Shown here: one piece after another, positions 18,444-31,376 of the stretch
Position numbering within the stretch: the stretch's first letter is position 1
Layout of the letters: each line of letters opens with the position of its first letter
Source of the DNA: a virus
Direction: 5' to 3' (one strand)
IMG/VR virus record: IMGVR_UViG_3300027021_000002
Location: 3,572-67,571 of that record
DNA length: 64,000 nt
Notes under the pieces: model-generated
What the model saw: only the letters and a program-made list of their open reading frames with translations
What the model was told of the DNA's origin: nothing
Databases searched by the model: none
Translations under genes and position numbers: made by a program

Positions 18444-19520
18444 ATGGCGATGGAAAATGTTGTAAGTATTCGTAATGGGAAAGAAAAGAGAAGCTTTGTT
18501 TCGTGTTATGATCAATGGATGGGAGTACGTAAACAGAAGAGTTATAATACGTTTCGTGCTTATCGAAAGACGTTTAATGATTTCTTTGGTTTTAAATTAA
18601 ATAAATTACCGGAGGAAGTAACTTGGGATGATTTGATTGATATCACCAATGATGACTTTGAGGATTTTCGTCAACATCTACTTGCAACTGGAAATGTCCA
18701 AGTGATTACAACTAAGTATGCTTTAGCTCATTTGTCCTGGTTATGGAAGAAGATAGCGGTTAGGGATAGTCGTATTAATCCATTAACTCCTAAATTAGAT
18801 CCACTACCAGATAAAGATAGAAATCCATTGCAACTGGGAAGTGATTCGCTTGATGAAAGAGAGATTAGGTTGTTAATTGATTATGCGAAGACGGTAGATT
18901 TCCATCCTGAGATACAAGCTTTGTTTTTTGAGTTTGCGGCGATAGTTCCATTACGTATCAGTGCGTTGCGCAAGGTGTCGTGGAATAACTTGATGCAGCA
19001 GATGAATTACAAAGAAGGTAAAATGGTGTGGGTGGTAGGAATTTATGATAAGACAAGGTGGCACTATCACCGAATTTCTGATGATTTGTATGATCGGCTG
19101 CAAATACTAAAATCTATTTGCCATAGGGGGGTTGGGTTTAAAGATCAAGACGAAGATCCAATATTCTATATTTCTAAAGAAAAGCTGATGGAAACCATTG
19201 ATGGTTTTAAAGAGAAATATGGGATCGACAAAAAGATTACCTTTCATTCACTAAAGAAATGTTCAATTGGATTGGCGATGGAGCAGTATGGCGGGGATTT
19301 GCGCAAAGTGTTAGATCATTCACAGCACAATGGACCGGAGATGGTTATTCGGTACGCTAAAGAACAGGATGTGCTGAATGGGACGATGGCGACCGTGTTT
19401 GAAGATAGAGATAAGGCTAGGGATAAGGTGTTTGGTTTGTCTAAAGAGGATTTGGTAGCGGCGATGTCGAAGTGTAGTTATAGTGTAATTGCCCAGGTTG
19501 CACAACAGGTAAATGGCTAG
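18444..19520 (+). CDS. Tyrosine recombinase (phage integrase family)
   Basis: N-terminal core-binding domain; catalytic-type residues R ('PLRISAL'), K ('YDKT'), 'FHSLKK' (HxxK in place of HxxR), 'QH...VIRY' with the nucleophile Tyr. Confidence 0.85.
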   Translation: MAMENVVSIRNGKEKRSFVSCYDQWMGVRKQKSYNTFRAYRKTFNDFFGFKLNKLPEEVTWDDLIDITNDDFEDFRQHLLATGNVQVITTKYALAHLSWLWKKIAVRDSRINPLTPKLDPLPDKDRNPLQLGSDSLDEREIRLLIDYAKTVDFHPEIQALFFEFAAIVPLRISALRKVSWNNLMQQMNYKEGKMVWVVGIYDKTRWHYHRISDDLYDRLQILKSICHRGVGFKDQDEDPIFYISKEKLMETIDGFKEKYGIDKKITFHSLKKCSIGLAMEQYGGDLRKVLDHSQHNGPEMVIRYAKEQDVLNGTMATVFEDRDKARDKVFGLSKEDLVAAMSKCSYSVIAQVAQQVNG

Positions 19521-19575
19521 GATCGATTCTGAGGCGTTTTTCTAACTAATTAATAAGGAGAAAACGAACGGAACT

Positions 19576-19616
19576 ACCCCTACTAAGGCAATCACCTTAG
19601 TGTGGGGTTTATTTTT
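19576..19616 (+). terminator. Intrinsic terminator after the recombinase gene
   Basis: ACCCC-T-ACTAAGG/CCTTAGT-GT-GGGGT stem followed by TTATTTTT. Confidence 0.7.
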
Positions 19617-20212
19617 AAAATTCATTGTAATTAGTTTACTGAGAGTTAAAGTCTAGTAGTTTGGTAGGAAATAAGGGTGTATCATATCTAATTCTCATTT
19701 GTATCAGTGATCAGAAATACAACTCGTAATTATCTACGTCAATTACATTACTTTTATTTATAATTATTGTGGTTTTGGCAATTTGGCGAGATCCTTTTAT
19801 TTTGCTGCGGTCAAACAGGTAAATTGGGTGTTAATAGGGGTAATTCGTGTTGTCAAAATGGGAGGGGGAGTGGAGTATGTAGATTAGAAATGGCTACAAG
19901 CGTTGATGTGTAAAGGAAATTTGATGACGAATTGAACTCAATTTTGGTCGTCCTAGCGATGATGATGTACTCAGGCCATTTCTATGGAAATAAAAGCAAT
20001 TTTTATCAAAAAGTAGGGGGAGGGTAGGAAAGACCGATATTTCGGGATATTTTCGCATCGGTGACAAATCACTTTGTCAATGATACTGTCAGTAAAATGG
20101 TAAATATGGAAATAAATATATAAATGATGATCATCCAGGCGTTTTTATTTTTCGATATTATTTGTCATAATCCCCATAACAGGCCGAAAATTTATGATGG
20201 GATTTTAAATTC

Positions 20213-20299
20213 TTAATCCAATCTTAATAATCTTAATATCTACCTTAACAATATTAATATACACCTTAAATAAATTAAACCTGGCCTAAACAAATCTAA
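20213..20299 (+). repeat. Helically phased (T/C)TAA repeats in G-poor DNA
   Basis: YTAA starts at 20213, 20224, 20233, 20245, 20254, 20266, 20275, 20286, 20296 (mean spacing 10.4 bp); no G on the plus strand from 20202 to 20282. Confidence 0.75.
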
Positions 20300-20477
20300 A
20301 CATCCCGGCACAAACACACCCATACCATTACACATAGTATACAATACTAGATGATAAAGTATGCAAAACAACGTTATCAAGTATACATATATCACAATCT
20401 GCCTACTATTATATCATATCTCCCAATGCTTCACAATCTCCCCTAAAATCCTTTATAAAAATTAATGAAAATAATGC

Positions 20478-20506
20478 TTGACAGTCAACTATTCTTCCGT
20501 TATAAT
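20478..20506 (+). promoter_or_regulatory. Consensus sigma-A early promoter
   Basis: Perfect TTGACA-17-TATAAT upstream of the first early ORF. Confidence 0.9.
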
Positions 20507-23500
20507 GAGACATAGTAAAGGTTTAATAATCAATAGGAGGTATCATGATGGATCATATAGTTATCAATCTGAATCAAGGCAAGTTGGACATATTGGAAGA
20601 CGTGGAGTATTATCTCTCACCGAAAAGTCAAGCCACAACAGATAAGATTATGGATGAGATATGGGACAACTTGACCAAAGATTTTTACATGGATGAATGC
20701 TATCAAATCTTTGCCCGTGGTGTCTATTTGGGGCAAGCAAGGCGATAGAATAACCGGGGTTATACTCCCCGGTATGCGTCTCATACTGCATGTGGGGCGT
20801 GTACCGGACAGTATAATAGGAAGGAGCGCACACCATGAAAAAGTTAGCTATAATCATTATAGGAGTTAGCACCATAGCGTTATACGCGCTTGGATTGCTT
20901 TACATTATTCAATTGTGCATAGCTTGAAACAATTAAATCGAACGTTTTAATGCTTTGAACGTGATATAATCAAATTGATATAAGGAGGCAAATACAATGA
21001 CTATTAAGCGAGTACCAGTCAGACCTATTAGAGACGAAGAGCCAACGTTAAATATCCCTAAGAAATACCAGCACATGATAGATGATTGGTATTATGATGC
21101 AGACGGATACTGGATACAATTAAAACCTGGATATATTGACGGTGGTACGGGTATTAATTTAATCCACGAAGACACGCAAAAACGAGCATTGCAAGCCATA
21201 AGGGAGGTAAAACAATCATGAAAAACAATTGTCCAAACTGCGGTTGCTCTACACATGAGAACATTAATGAATCTTTTAGGTGTCCGTCCTGCGGGTGGAT
21301 TCCAGGCCATCAATGCGACAGGTGTGAGGGATACACACTGAATGATACCGGGTATCTTGTGTGTGATGAATGCGGTTATGAGATTTGTTCCGGTTGTGTT
21401 CGCAAAATGAGATTAGAACACGTCACAAAATGCCCTCATTGTGGTAATGATCACTTTTTAGAACATACCATGATGCTTTGCGAACTTCTTCCTATACTTG
21501 ATACGAATATGAATATTGAGGTATGGAGTGATGATAAATTAATAGCATCCGGCTTAGTAAGAGATTTTGACTCGTCTAATTGGGCGTATGTTATCCAATC
21601 ACCTATTACATACAACGGAGAACATGGTATAATCGTTTTTATAGGTGATAATTAACAAATAGAAAGGAGGACGCAAGCAGGGTTATTCCCTGCATTGAGG
21701 GTCACACAATGGCCTTCAGTGGAAGGAATGAAACGATAGGAGGGTATCACAATGGACGAATTGAAAACCTGTAGCTGGTGTAATGAAGAGTATGAAGAAA
21801 GTGAATTAAAGCAGACCAGTCACGGCCTACTCTGCCATACCTGCATACTGGCAATCAAGAGCAGAGGAGAGAAAATAACAATCACGGAATAACAGACCAT
21901 TGTTGAGGGTTTAAGGATTAAACCGAAACAATCACAGGAAGGAGGTTAGACTATGATAGCAGGTGTTATATGTTTATCAATTGCCTTTGTACTATTCTCT
22001 ATATGTCTTGTAACGTGGTTTATTGGGCGTTATGATGAAATTATATGGGGCGTCGGTAGTCTATCCGTACTATCCTTTGTAATTGCCGCATTATCATTAT
22101 TTGATGTGTCTATATGGATATTTAATATATCTATTATTATAGTAGCTGGTACACTTTTAATCATGTGGCTAAACCCTAAACAGGAGGCGTAATAATGGGA
22201 GTAAGAAACGAACATAACCGGGTAAAATCTGAACCCATCGAAAAGGACTTTGATACAGTCTTGAAAAAGGCAAAGGTGTATTATCGCCCTTGCAAACAGT
22301 TTCTTATCTATACTGTCCATATTGGGGAAAGCGTATGGTATGCGGCAGGATACGCCACAACAGACCATAAGCCCCTACCGGACACAACAAAGAAATATGC
22401 TTTTATCAATGGAAGATGGAAAGAGACGCCACACACGGACATAGACGGATATCATAACACGATTATGGAACCCGGTATTGACTTCTGTAAATCTTGTATG
22501 AGTACCAATCTATGGGGGCCAATGGAGGAAGACGGGAAATGGAATACATACTGCAACCAATGCGGAATGAAGCAATAACAGACTTGCAGCGTGGACAATT
22601 GACGATGGTTTTACAAGGTAAAACAGAGTCAAAAGCAATAAAAACCCGATTTTATTATATGGTATAATATTAATCATAGGAGGATAACAAAAATGCTAGT
22701 ACATTTAAACGGTGAGGAATATTTTACAGTAAAAATATCTAGTCTCAGAATGTGGGACGATAAAGAGGAAATAGCAAGGGCGAAAGCTGAAGCAAAAGCG
22801 GCAGGGTTTAACCCGTCAACCATTCAACGTATGACTGAACATAACGAATGTTTTTATACATTCAGTAAATAATCAATAACAGCAAGCAATAAAAATTTAA
22901 TTATTGGCAGGAATAACAAAAGCCATGGCGAATATAATAATATCGGTTGTAATTGCTTGAATAACAAGCGTTATGATAAAATTGAAACTATTGGAGGTAT
23001 TGACCATGAGAGACTATATTGAAGTAGAAAGCGCAATACGCGCAATACCGGGCATTATAACAGTAACCCCATACAGGACTAACAACCTAATAACTCCCTG
23101 GGTGACTGGCTTTATTCCTCTTGTGGATGGTATAGAGGCGGAGATTACATATGGGACAGCTTTCGGCGGCGGTTATTCGGTAGGGTTTACCCTGTTCAAA
23201 AATCAAAAATTAATGCCCATCGAAGACCGCGAAGCATATGACAAGTGTTTTATGGACTACGAAATAAAACAAATCGCAGCATATGCCGAAACGGTCAAAG
23301 AACAGTTAAAGAAAGCGGAGGTATAACACTATGGAATTTTGGGAATTGAAAGAAAAAATCGAAAACAAAGGCGGCGAGTCTCACTTTTTTGATCACGACA
23401 CACTAAAGTTTTTCGGGGAGCGGCTTTCGGATATGCGGGTATTGAAAGATACTGTAAACATAACCGATTATAGCGGGGACGTTCACGAATGTTATGTGAT

Positions 23501-24862
23501 ATCTGTTACCCGCAGAAAAAATGCTTTCGGGCCTTGCAAGCCGTATAGATTCTATCACTATTTCGATGTGAACACATACCAGCACATAACAAGACCCTAG
23601 TTATTAAATAAATTAAGGAGGATTAGAACCATGTTTAAAAAGGAATTTACTGAAGAAGAAACAAAGAAGCTAGAACGCGCTATAAACCGTTATGCGTTCG
23701 GGCCAGACTTCCGCATTACACACGGTAAAACGGAGCATGACAGGCTTGATACCTTTGGGTGTCCCTATACCTCATCCGGTGAGTTTGCCGGACTATGGAA
23801 CACGAACACAGAAACCCTGAACCATAACGGGGATCGCCTGGACGGTTTTGTCATGGATGAACATGGATCCATGTACGCGCTTTATACCGTGTATGACGAA
23901 GCGGGAGCAGAGGCGGGATCAAGTACAATCAATCTGAAAACGGGAGAGTATAGCAGAGTATGAAGAAGGACAAGGGCGGCTGTATGAATGCCAGGGATCG
24001 CAAAATGCAAAGCGTTTTATACTGTTATCGCAAAGGTAAAACGGTATCAGTTAAAACCGATTGCGCTCGGTGTGAGTTGCGCGACAAATATTAAACCCCG
24101 TAGGGGTATCAATAACGGACATTAAATGGAGTTATCAGGAGGTAATACAATGGAACCCATAACAGAGGCACACAAAGAAGTTATAGAAAAGAATTTAAAC
24201 GGATATATTGCTAACTTTGAAACCCCATACATTGTATATGATGGTGGTGGCATCGGTCAGGCGGTAGCCTGGGGAGATCATGAAAGATTTTATGTCTACC
24301 GTAACAAGTCAGAATATGATAACGGCGGGGAGTATGTGCAGTATTGCTATGATATCTCCTACCTGGACGGATGGCTTTATGGAGCAGTCCAGGCCGCTTG
24401 TGGACAGTTACGGAAGAGATAACAAACTATATCAATAACGGACATTTTACAGTAGTAAAATGGAGTTATCACGAAAGGAGGGAACCAAAATGACTATTCC
24501 ATATGGCGAAGTCCAGGTAATCACGAAAGAGGACGGGAATAACAGACTGTGCGCCCGTATCTATGACGGAGGCAAGGACGTTACAGAGTTTTTCGATGGT
24601 GTCCTGGGGCGGTATAATAAGCGTGATGGCCTTGTGATCACTGGTAAAAATGAGGTTGACCGCTTTTACCGTGATACCCGCCCGGCTATTCGTAAAGTCA
24701 TTGGCGTTGCGGTAGCATAACGGTAAAAATTTAATTAAGGGGTGATGATACGAATAACACGGCATAACGGGCGGTAGTATGTGACCGCTATCGCCCGGAT
24801 TAGTTTTGTGTTAAGGGTCTATAGGGCTTTTAATGGAGAACTAAACAAAAGGAGGTAAAATT

Positions 24863-25135
24863 ATGACCGTAAAAGAGGCAAAAGAAACCAGGGGCAAACT
24901 TACCTATTTACCGCCAAAACAAAACCCCTTATCCGCGCTTTGTAAAGCGTGTGACGATGAATTTATCAATACTATCCTGTCCCTGCATCCGTGTAAATGC
25001 GGGGAGCATAACGGCGTTACAATGGACACAAACGGGTATAAATGGCGTGTTGTCTGTTCCTCTTGTGATAACGATACATATTTATCATCGAGCTATCACG
25101 AAGCCGCACAGACATGGAATGATTGGAACGTATAA
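24863..25135 (+). CDS. Lar-like (restriction alleviation family) zinc-ribbon protein
   Basis: 'LHPCKCG...RVVCSSC...EAAQTWN' pattern. Confidence 0.55.
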   Translation: MTVKEAKETRGKLTYLPPKQNPLSALCKACDDEFINTILSLHPCKCGEHNGVTMDTNGYKWRVVCSSCDNDTYLSSSYHEAAQTWNDWNV

Positions 25136-25236
25136 CAGACAATTAAAAAGCGCGTTTCATCTATTTGATGAATCAAGCGACAATTTAGCATTTTACCCGT
25201 TTATATAACGGGAATTAATAAGGAGGATAACAGAGT

Positions 25237-25755
25237 ATGAAAACACTAGCAGAACTAAAGCGGGACGCAAAGAGTGGAAACTATGAGGGCGAAATGATCC
25301 AACGTTTTGGATCTTCGGATATCCCGGAACGGTTGCGGGGTAGGCGCAAGCTGATTGATGCCAATACAGTAAGCATATCATTTTTGAATCAGGACGGGAA
25401 GAAGTCAGAATGTCGCATTGATGCCGCTTCCCTGGTGGAGTATAACGGGGACACGCTAACCATTTATAATCCCGGCTTGCGTGAATTGACTGAAGAAGAA
25501 CAGCGCATTATGGACGAATGGAAACGCATAACAGAAACCCCTGAATACCAGCAGAGGGCAGAAATTGATATGTATTCTGATGGGAGCAGTACATATTGGC
25601 AGCAAAAATCATTCTTTGAAAAATCGTCTTGTCCCTGGCTTTTTGGTACTGACAAGATAGCCGGGAAAAAGTACGATTATCGAAGCGGAAAAGTATACGA
25701 TAACAAGGTGAAGGGTGACATAATCCTACAGTACAAAATTTACAAAGTAGTATAA
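25237..25755 (+). CDS. Conserved phage hypothetical protein
   Basis: 172 aa, RBS AAGGAGG. Confidence 0.65.
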   Translation: MKTLAELKRDAKSGNYEGEMIQRFGSSDIPERLRGRRKLIDANTVSISFLNQDGKKSECRIDAASLVEYNGDTLTIYNPGLRELTEEEQRIMDEWKRITETPEYQQRAEIDMYSDGSSTYWQQKSFFEKSSCPWLFGTDKIAGKKYDYRSGKVYDNKVKGDIILQYKIYKVV

Positions 25756-26074
25756 CAGAAAGGACATAACAGACCATGCCTAAAGACTTTGAGAAAGCTG
25801 TACTCCCATTCAGGAAAGAGATTAACAGGCTTGAAACGTCCGTTATTGAAATAACAGAAGCCAACAAGACATTGACCCAAGAGAATCAAGCCCTACAGAC
25901 ACAAAACGCGCAACTTAAAGACTGGGTTAATAGACTACTTGAATATACCAATATGTCAGAGGAAGACATAAAAGCATCAATAGCAAAGGATAAAGCAATC
26001 GTTGACAGCGCGAAGACTTTTAATTCCTTAATGTCTATTATGGGAAGAATTTAAAATTATTTTTTGAAAAGTAC

Positions 26075-26121
26075 TTGACATACAACTAAAATAGGAATAT
26101 CATAAACACAGTAAGAGTTTA
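26075..26121 (+). promoter_or_regulatory. Sigma-A promoter with overlapping TAAAC-N9-GTTTA element
   Basis: TTGACA-17-TATCAT, then AAACACAGTAAGAGTTTA. Confidence 0.8.
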
Positions 26122-26144
26122 ATTTTAATAGGAGGTATAACGCA

Positions 26145-26477
26145 ATGTCAGAATTAGCTTTCAAACGCCGTTCAACTTCTATACTCAATAACAGTAACGA
26201 TGATCACATTAATACCTATGTCGCTATTGCCACAAGTGAGGGTAGGCCCATCACCAGCATACAGCAGTATACAAGCCGTGTTGGGCAGTTTGCCCGATGG
26301 CTTGATCGCGACTTGTTGACTGTTACCCTAGAGGATATCGAAAATTGGGCCAATGAGGGCAACGCATACAAGAAGAACCACATAACGGCCTTTTACAAGA
26401 CGTTTTTAACACATAACGTCAATGACTTCCAGGACAACATTGATAAAGACTTGCTTATTTACTTGGCGGTGCATTGA
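26145..26477 (+). CDS. Stand-alone integrase core-binding (SAM-like) domain protein, copy 1
   Basis: 'TSIQQYTSRVGQFARWLDRDLLTVTLEDIENW' resembles recombinase N-terminal helices; no catalytic domain; paralog of 31377-31691. Confidence 0.6.
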   Translation: MSELAFKRRSTSILNNSNDDHINTYVAIATSEGRPITSIQQYTSRVGQFARWLDRDLLTVTLEDIENWANEGNAYKKNHITAFYKTFLTHNVNDFQDNIDKDLLIYLAVH

Positions 26478-27172
26478 CAGTAAATATTTAATAAAGGAGG
26501 GTATAACAATGACCACCATAACAAAGAAAGACCTTGAATTTATTATCGGGGAACTTGACAGGGGGGCGTATGATGCGCGTGAGGCCATGAGAAACCCGGC
26601 GCATACCGTAGACCTTCCCCTCTTGCAGCTTCGCGCAGAAACGCTTGTAGCGAATGCCAACAAGCTACAGATGGCGGTTGAGCGCATGGATCGGAGTATT
26701 ATTATTGATTATCCCAATACCAAGCCAGAACCCGCACAACCTATCATTATAACAGTGCGCGGCGGTGTGGCTTGGTTGGAGGACGATACTAACCCGCAGG
26801 GCGTCCCTATCTCTATTCGTGACTATGACATTGAAGGACGTGATCCTGACACGCTGAAGGATTTACCCGTTGACGATGAGGGCAACTCATATGAGGAAAG
26901 GGGTAATGTATAATGTCTGAACTATTTGAAAAGCTGGAAAAGGCCAAGAATGCGGTAAAAGCAACACTTGAAAATGAGGCCACAATGGTTGATTTTCACG
27001 GCATCGTATACTGGGCGGGAGAAGTGGAACGGCTAAGGAAAGAAATCAAGGATCGTCTATAACAACCAATTAACGGACGTTTGCAACGCAAACGGAGTTA
27101 ACACAAATGAATCGGTAATTTTAATTAACAGGGATTGAGTTAACACTTTAAGTATTAGAAAGGAGTTTAATA

Positions 27173-27358
27173 ATGGATCATACCTACAAATATACAATTT
27201 ATGATGCTAATGACAATGCTTTTGACGGAGTTATTACTGCGTCAAGCCATGAGGATGGGGCTATGAAAATACGTAAAGCATATCATGAGTTTTCTCCGTG
27301 GTTTGAGATTGCAAGTATTGATATCGAACGCAAAGATATGAGTGCGCAGGAGGCATAA
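27173..27358 (+). CDS. Small hypothetical protein, paralog pair member 1
   Basis: 'YKYTIYD...GV..ASSH.D...KIR.AY.EF.PWFEI.SIDI' shared with 28267-28470. Confidence 0.7.
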   Translation: MDHTYKYTIYDANDNAFDGVITASSHEDGAMKIRKAYHEFSPWFEIASIDIERKDMSAQEA

Positions 27359-28266
27359 CAGCATGGAATATTGGGCAATGGTGGAGAAGCTAAAAGCTGA
27401 CGGGGTAACGCTCAAACAAATAGGCAAGGAATTGAACTATAGGAATAATGCCGCTCCTGGTTGTCGATGGGACGATAACTTGTACCAGTATACTACAGAA
27501 GAACTTGAACAGATCGAACAGGATATGCTTGAAACTGAAAGTTATTAAGGGAGGTATTTAACAATGAGTGTACATTGCAATATGTGTGATTGGGACGGAG
27601 AGGAAAATGACCTGATCAAAGTCCTAGAGACAGAAGGAGCAGACGGAGGTATAACACATGAAGAGTACACGTATGGGCGATTTGATGAAACAACACAGGA
27701 AGTAATTGATGCCTGTCCGAATTGCCTAACAGATGAGTATTTGACGGATACGGAGGCATAACAGCATGAAAAAGGAAGTAAAGCCCGGTGAACTCCTATA
27801 CGGGTCAGTAATGGACGTTTTACAGGGCAAGCCAGAACAAGAGACACAGGAAACGGCAAGGCGGGTTTGGGTCTCTATGCCAGAACTTGACACGGCAGAA
27901 CTGACAAGAAAAATAAAGGAGGTAATTAACAATGATCAAAACTAATGCGGAAGTAGAAGCAATGGATAACGGCGAAAACAGTTGGTTGGTATGTTGGTGT
28001 GGATACGGGAGTACTTTCTATTTGCCCAATACACTGACGGTTATGAGGAATGATGAGTTAATGCTTGTTGATGATGATGTGGAGGCTTGCAAAGAGGCCG
28101 AAAAAGATGGCATTTCTCTCATCTATGGGATGCCGAGAGTACCAGGTGGGGTATATGTAGACACAGAGGAAAACCGCGCCCTTATTCTGAAATCACTTGA
28201 AGAAAACCCGGAGTTTAAGAACTATCCAGAATATAAGATCGCATAACAGAAAGGAGAGATTAACAA

Positions 28267-28470
28267 ATGAATTATCCTTACAAGTACACAATCTATGATA
28301 CCGATGGCAATTGTCGCGAGGGGGTTGTTGTTGCGTCAAGTCATGACGATGCAGATAGAAAGATACGCGAAGCATATCTTGAATTTGCGCCATGGTTTGA
28401 GATTGAAAGTATCGACATTAAAACGGACAGTATAAGCGCGTTTGTTTATGAAATATCACCGGAGGTGTAA
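28267..28470 (+). CDS. Small hypothetical protein, paralog pair member 2
   Basis: Clearly paralogous to 27173-27358. Confidence 0.7.
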   Translation: MNYPYKYTIYDTDGNCREGVVVASSHDDADRKIREAYLEFAPWFEIESIDIKTDSISAFVYEISPEV

Positions 28471-31312
28471 TAATGGGCGTGATGGTATATTTCAAGGGGC
28501 CAAAGGATAAACGGTTTACCCCGATGGATATTAAGACAGGAGAACTACACAACCGCCTTATGTATGCCCCTATTTATGCCGACAGGATGATCCAGGACAT
28601 TAAAGAATGGATCGATCATAACAGGCAATGTGCTCCTGGATGCAGTTTGCAGATCAGGGAACCGGGTGGACGGGTGTTATATTAAGAGAAAGGAGATTCA
28701 ATAATGATTGAACCAAATGATATCCCGGAATTGTGGTACACAACTAAATCAGGACGAAAAAAGGTTATAAACTTCACAGGAGAAACCAAAGAAGACGCTA
28801 TCATTCAAGGAATAGCTTTTGTGGCGCGGAATTATAAGAATATAACACCAACTGCCGGAAGCGGATATTTATTGAAAGCATACAGGCAGTTTGTAAATGA
28901 AGCCACCACATAACAGACCAATAAAATGCACTTTTCATTACTGGGTGGTATAATGTGGTTATCACAGAAAGGACGGTAAATCATGAAACGAGTAATAGCG
29001 ATAACTTATGATGATGGATGTCCAGAAAGTAAATACCTTATTGACAGAGAGAATGAACAGTATGCCTATATTACAAGTGGTTGGGACGGGCAGAAAATGC
29101 GTTACGATAAAGTAAATAATCAGCTTGAGATTATGAAGCGTAGCGGAGAATATCAGGCAACGACGGATTGTATTATCCAGATTGATATTATCGATTAGTA
29201 GACTATAACAGAAAGGAGACATGTGATTATGAAAGCGATATTGGAACTCTCGTTCGATGATGAGAAAGGCATAACGTGTGAAATGTGTATGCTCTCTACT
29301 CACCAGGGAGCCACTGGTTTACACAACGTATGCACGGGGCTTGGAATGCGTCCTATATGCCCGGAGGAAGGATGCAGAAAAGATTGTCCGTTGAAGGTTG
29401 TATCCGATTAGTATAACAGAAAGGAGATACGCGGTTATGAAAAATTTATTGATGTTTAATCCTAGAAAATTTGAAGAGGTACACACCGTTGAATTGGGTG
29501 TGTATGAAGTAAAGAAAGAATCTTTATCATATCGAACTGATTCAGGTGATTTTGAAGATTGCGAATACAACAAAGAAAATCGTGAGAAATATCCAGACGC
29601 AATCTATAACGTATTCTTCGATGACGCAGACGGAGAGGAATCATGCTTGGAAGTGTGGCCCGATGATTACGCGAAAATGTGGTTGGAACTAATTGAGAAA
29701 AAATACGAAACTATAACAGACTTAGTTTATAAGGCTTATACGGATTCGATATACAGTAATTTGAATTCTCGACATCTGGTAATTATTAATAAGAGTGGAG
29801 AAGTCGATTATCGGATAGATTCGCGGGATAAAATACCTAACGATGTACAGAGCGGAGCGGCCATAATTGTATACAATGTTAATGGGCAGAATATTAGTCC
29901 AGATTATTTAAAATATTTTCAATATGAATGGGGGATTCCAGATTGCGCAGAGGAATTGTTGGCAAGGTATAACAATGAGTATAAGACGGATTTTATGGAT
30001 GTCGCGAAGGTTAATCAAGAGAATTTGATGTATGTATTACATCGGTATTTCCCTGAATGGATAGAAGAAATTCGATCATTAGAGATTGAATTTTGGGTAG
30101 AAGATTTTGATATTTATGAGGCGCTAGAAGAATTATTTGATTTAATGAAAGGAGAAATTTAATAATGGACAGGGTACAGGTGTTACAAAAATGTAATAAC
30201 AAAAGCGGATTCACTAAGCGTATATTTCTTGGTGTATTTGCAGACGAGTACAGCGTAAAGGAGTACACAAACAGACACCCGCTTGATAAAGGGAAGCATT
30301 ATGATGAATGGTACGAAAATCTCCCATATACAGTAGAAAAATATGAACAGGAGGGCTAACTATGATTCTAGCAATCGGTAAAATTAAAACCTATAGTAAC
30401 GACACCCGCACACCCGTAAAGTTTAATTATGACATAATAACGGGCATAACAGCCGCGATTGACAATAACGGCAATGTGCTTGCTGATTTCACTTGCCCGG
30501 ATGAAACACACGCCCTAAAGCATTGGCGCGAGACTAAGCATGTGTCTATTGATCAGGTATGCGCATGATGAATCATTATGATTGGCTTAGAGAAAATCTT
30601 CCTCATATCCTTGATAACTTATCTATTAATCCGTCATGGTCTGAAGGGCTTATAACGGGCCACGGTGATAAGTGTGACGGGTATAAGGAAAGATGGGAGC
30701 AACACGGCATACCTTTTCCTCATGGCGTAGCATATTACTTGCTGACCAGGATCGAGCCTTGGTCTGAAGAGGTTAGACAGACAAAGGATGGTTGGGTAGA
30801 TCCCGGTGAATGGGTGCTTGATAACTATAACAGGTTTGAGATTATCTTGCCGGAGGTATCATAATGTTGACTAAGTTACCCATCTATAAACCCGCAAGAT
30901 CCTATAACAGACTGATTAGGCGTGTTTGTGGATCAGCAGCACTTATAACACTTGCTTATGGCCTATGGTGGTTGTGGGGCGTATGGGTATACGATTAAGA
31001 ACACAGAAAACTAATTCAATTGGATGTTGTTTTGAAGCAGAATTAGAAAGGAGAACGTAACAGTGAAGAAGGGGCCACTGCCAATAATAGAATTTGAGGG
31101 TGTAACTTATAAATTGCGCAATCATAACATAACGGTGCCGGACTTTACGGCTATGAGCCATTTACATGTGATGGTGTGGCTTAATCAGAATACTATTGCA
31201 AAAGGACGTTTTAAAGAAAAGGTAGTATTGCCTAATTTAGATATTTCTCTAAAATGAAAGATTAAATTCATTAACGGAAATACCCGTAGGGGATTGAGTT
31301 AACATCTCATTG

Positions 31313-31341
31313 TTGACATTCTAAAACAATCATGTTACTAT
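31313..31341 (+). promoter_or_regulatory. Sigma-A promoter
   Basis: TTGACA-17-TACTAT with extended TG. Confidence 0.8.
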
Positions 31342-31376
31342 AAAGGTACAATTTAATAAACAAGGAGAGTGAGAAT

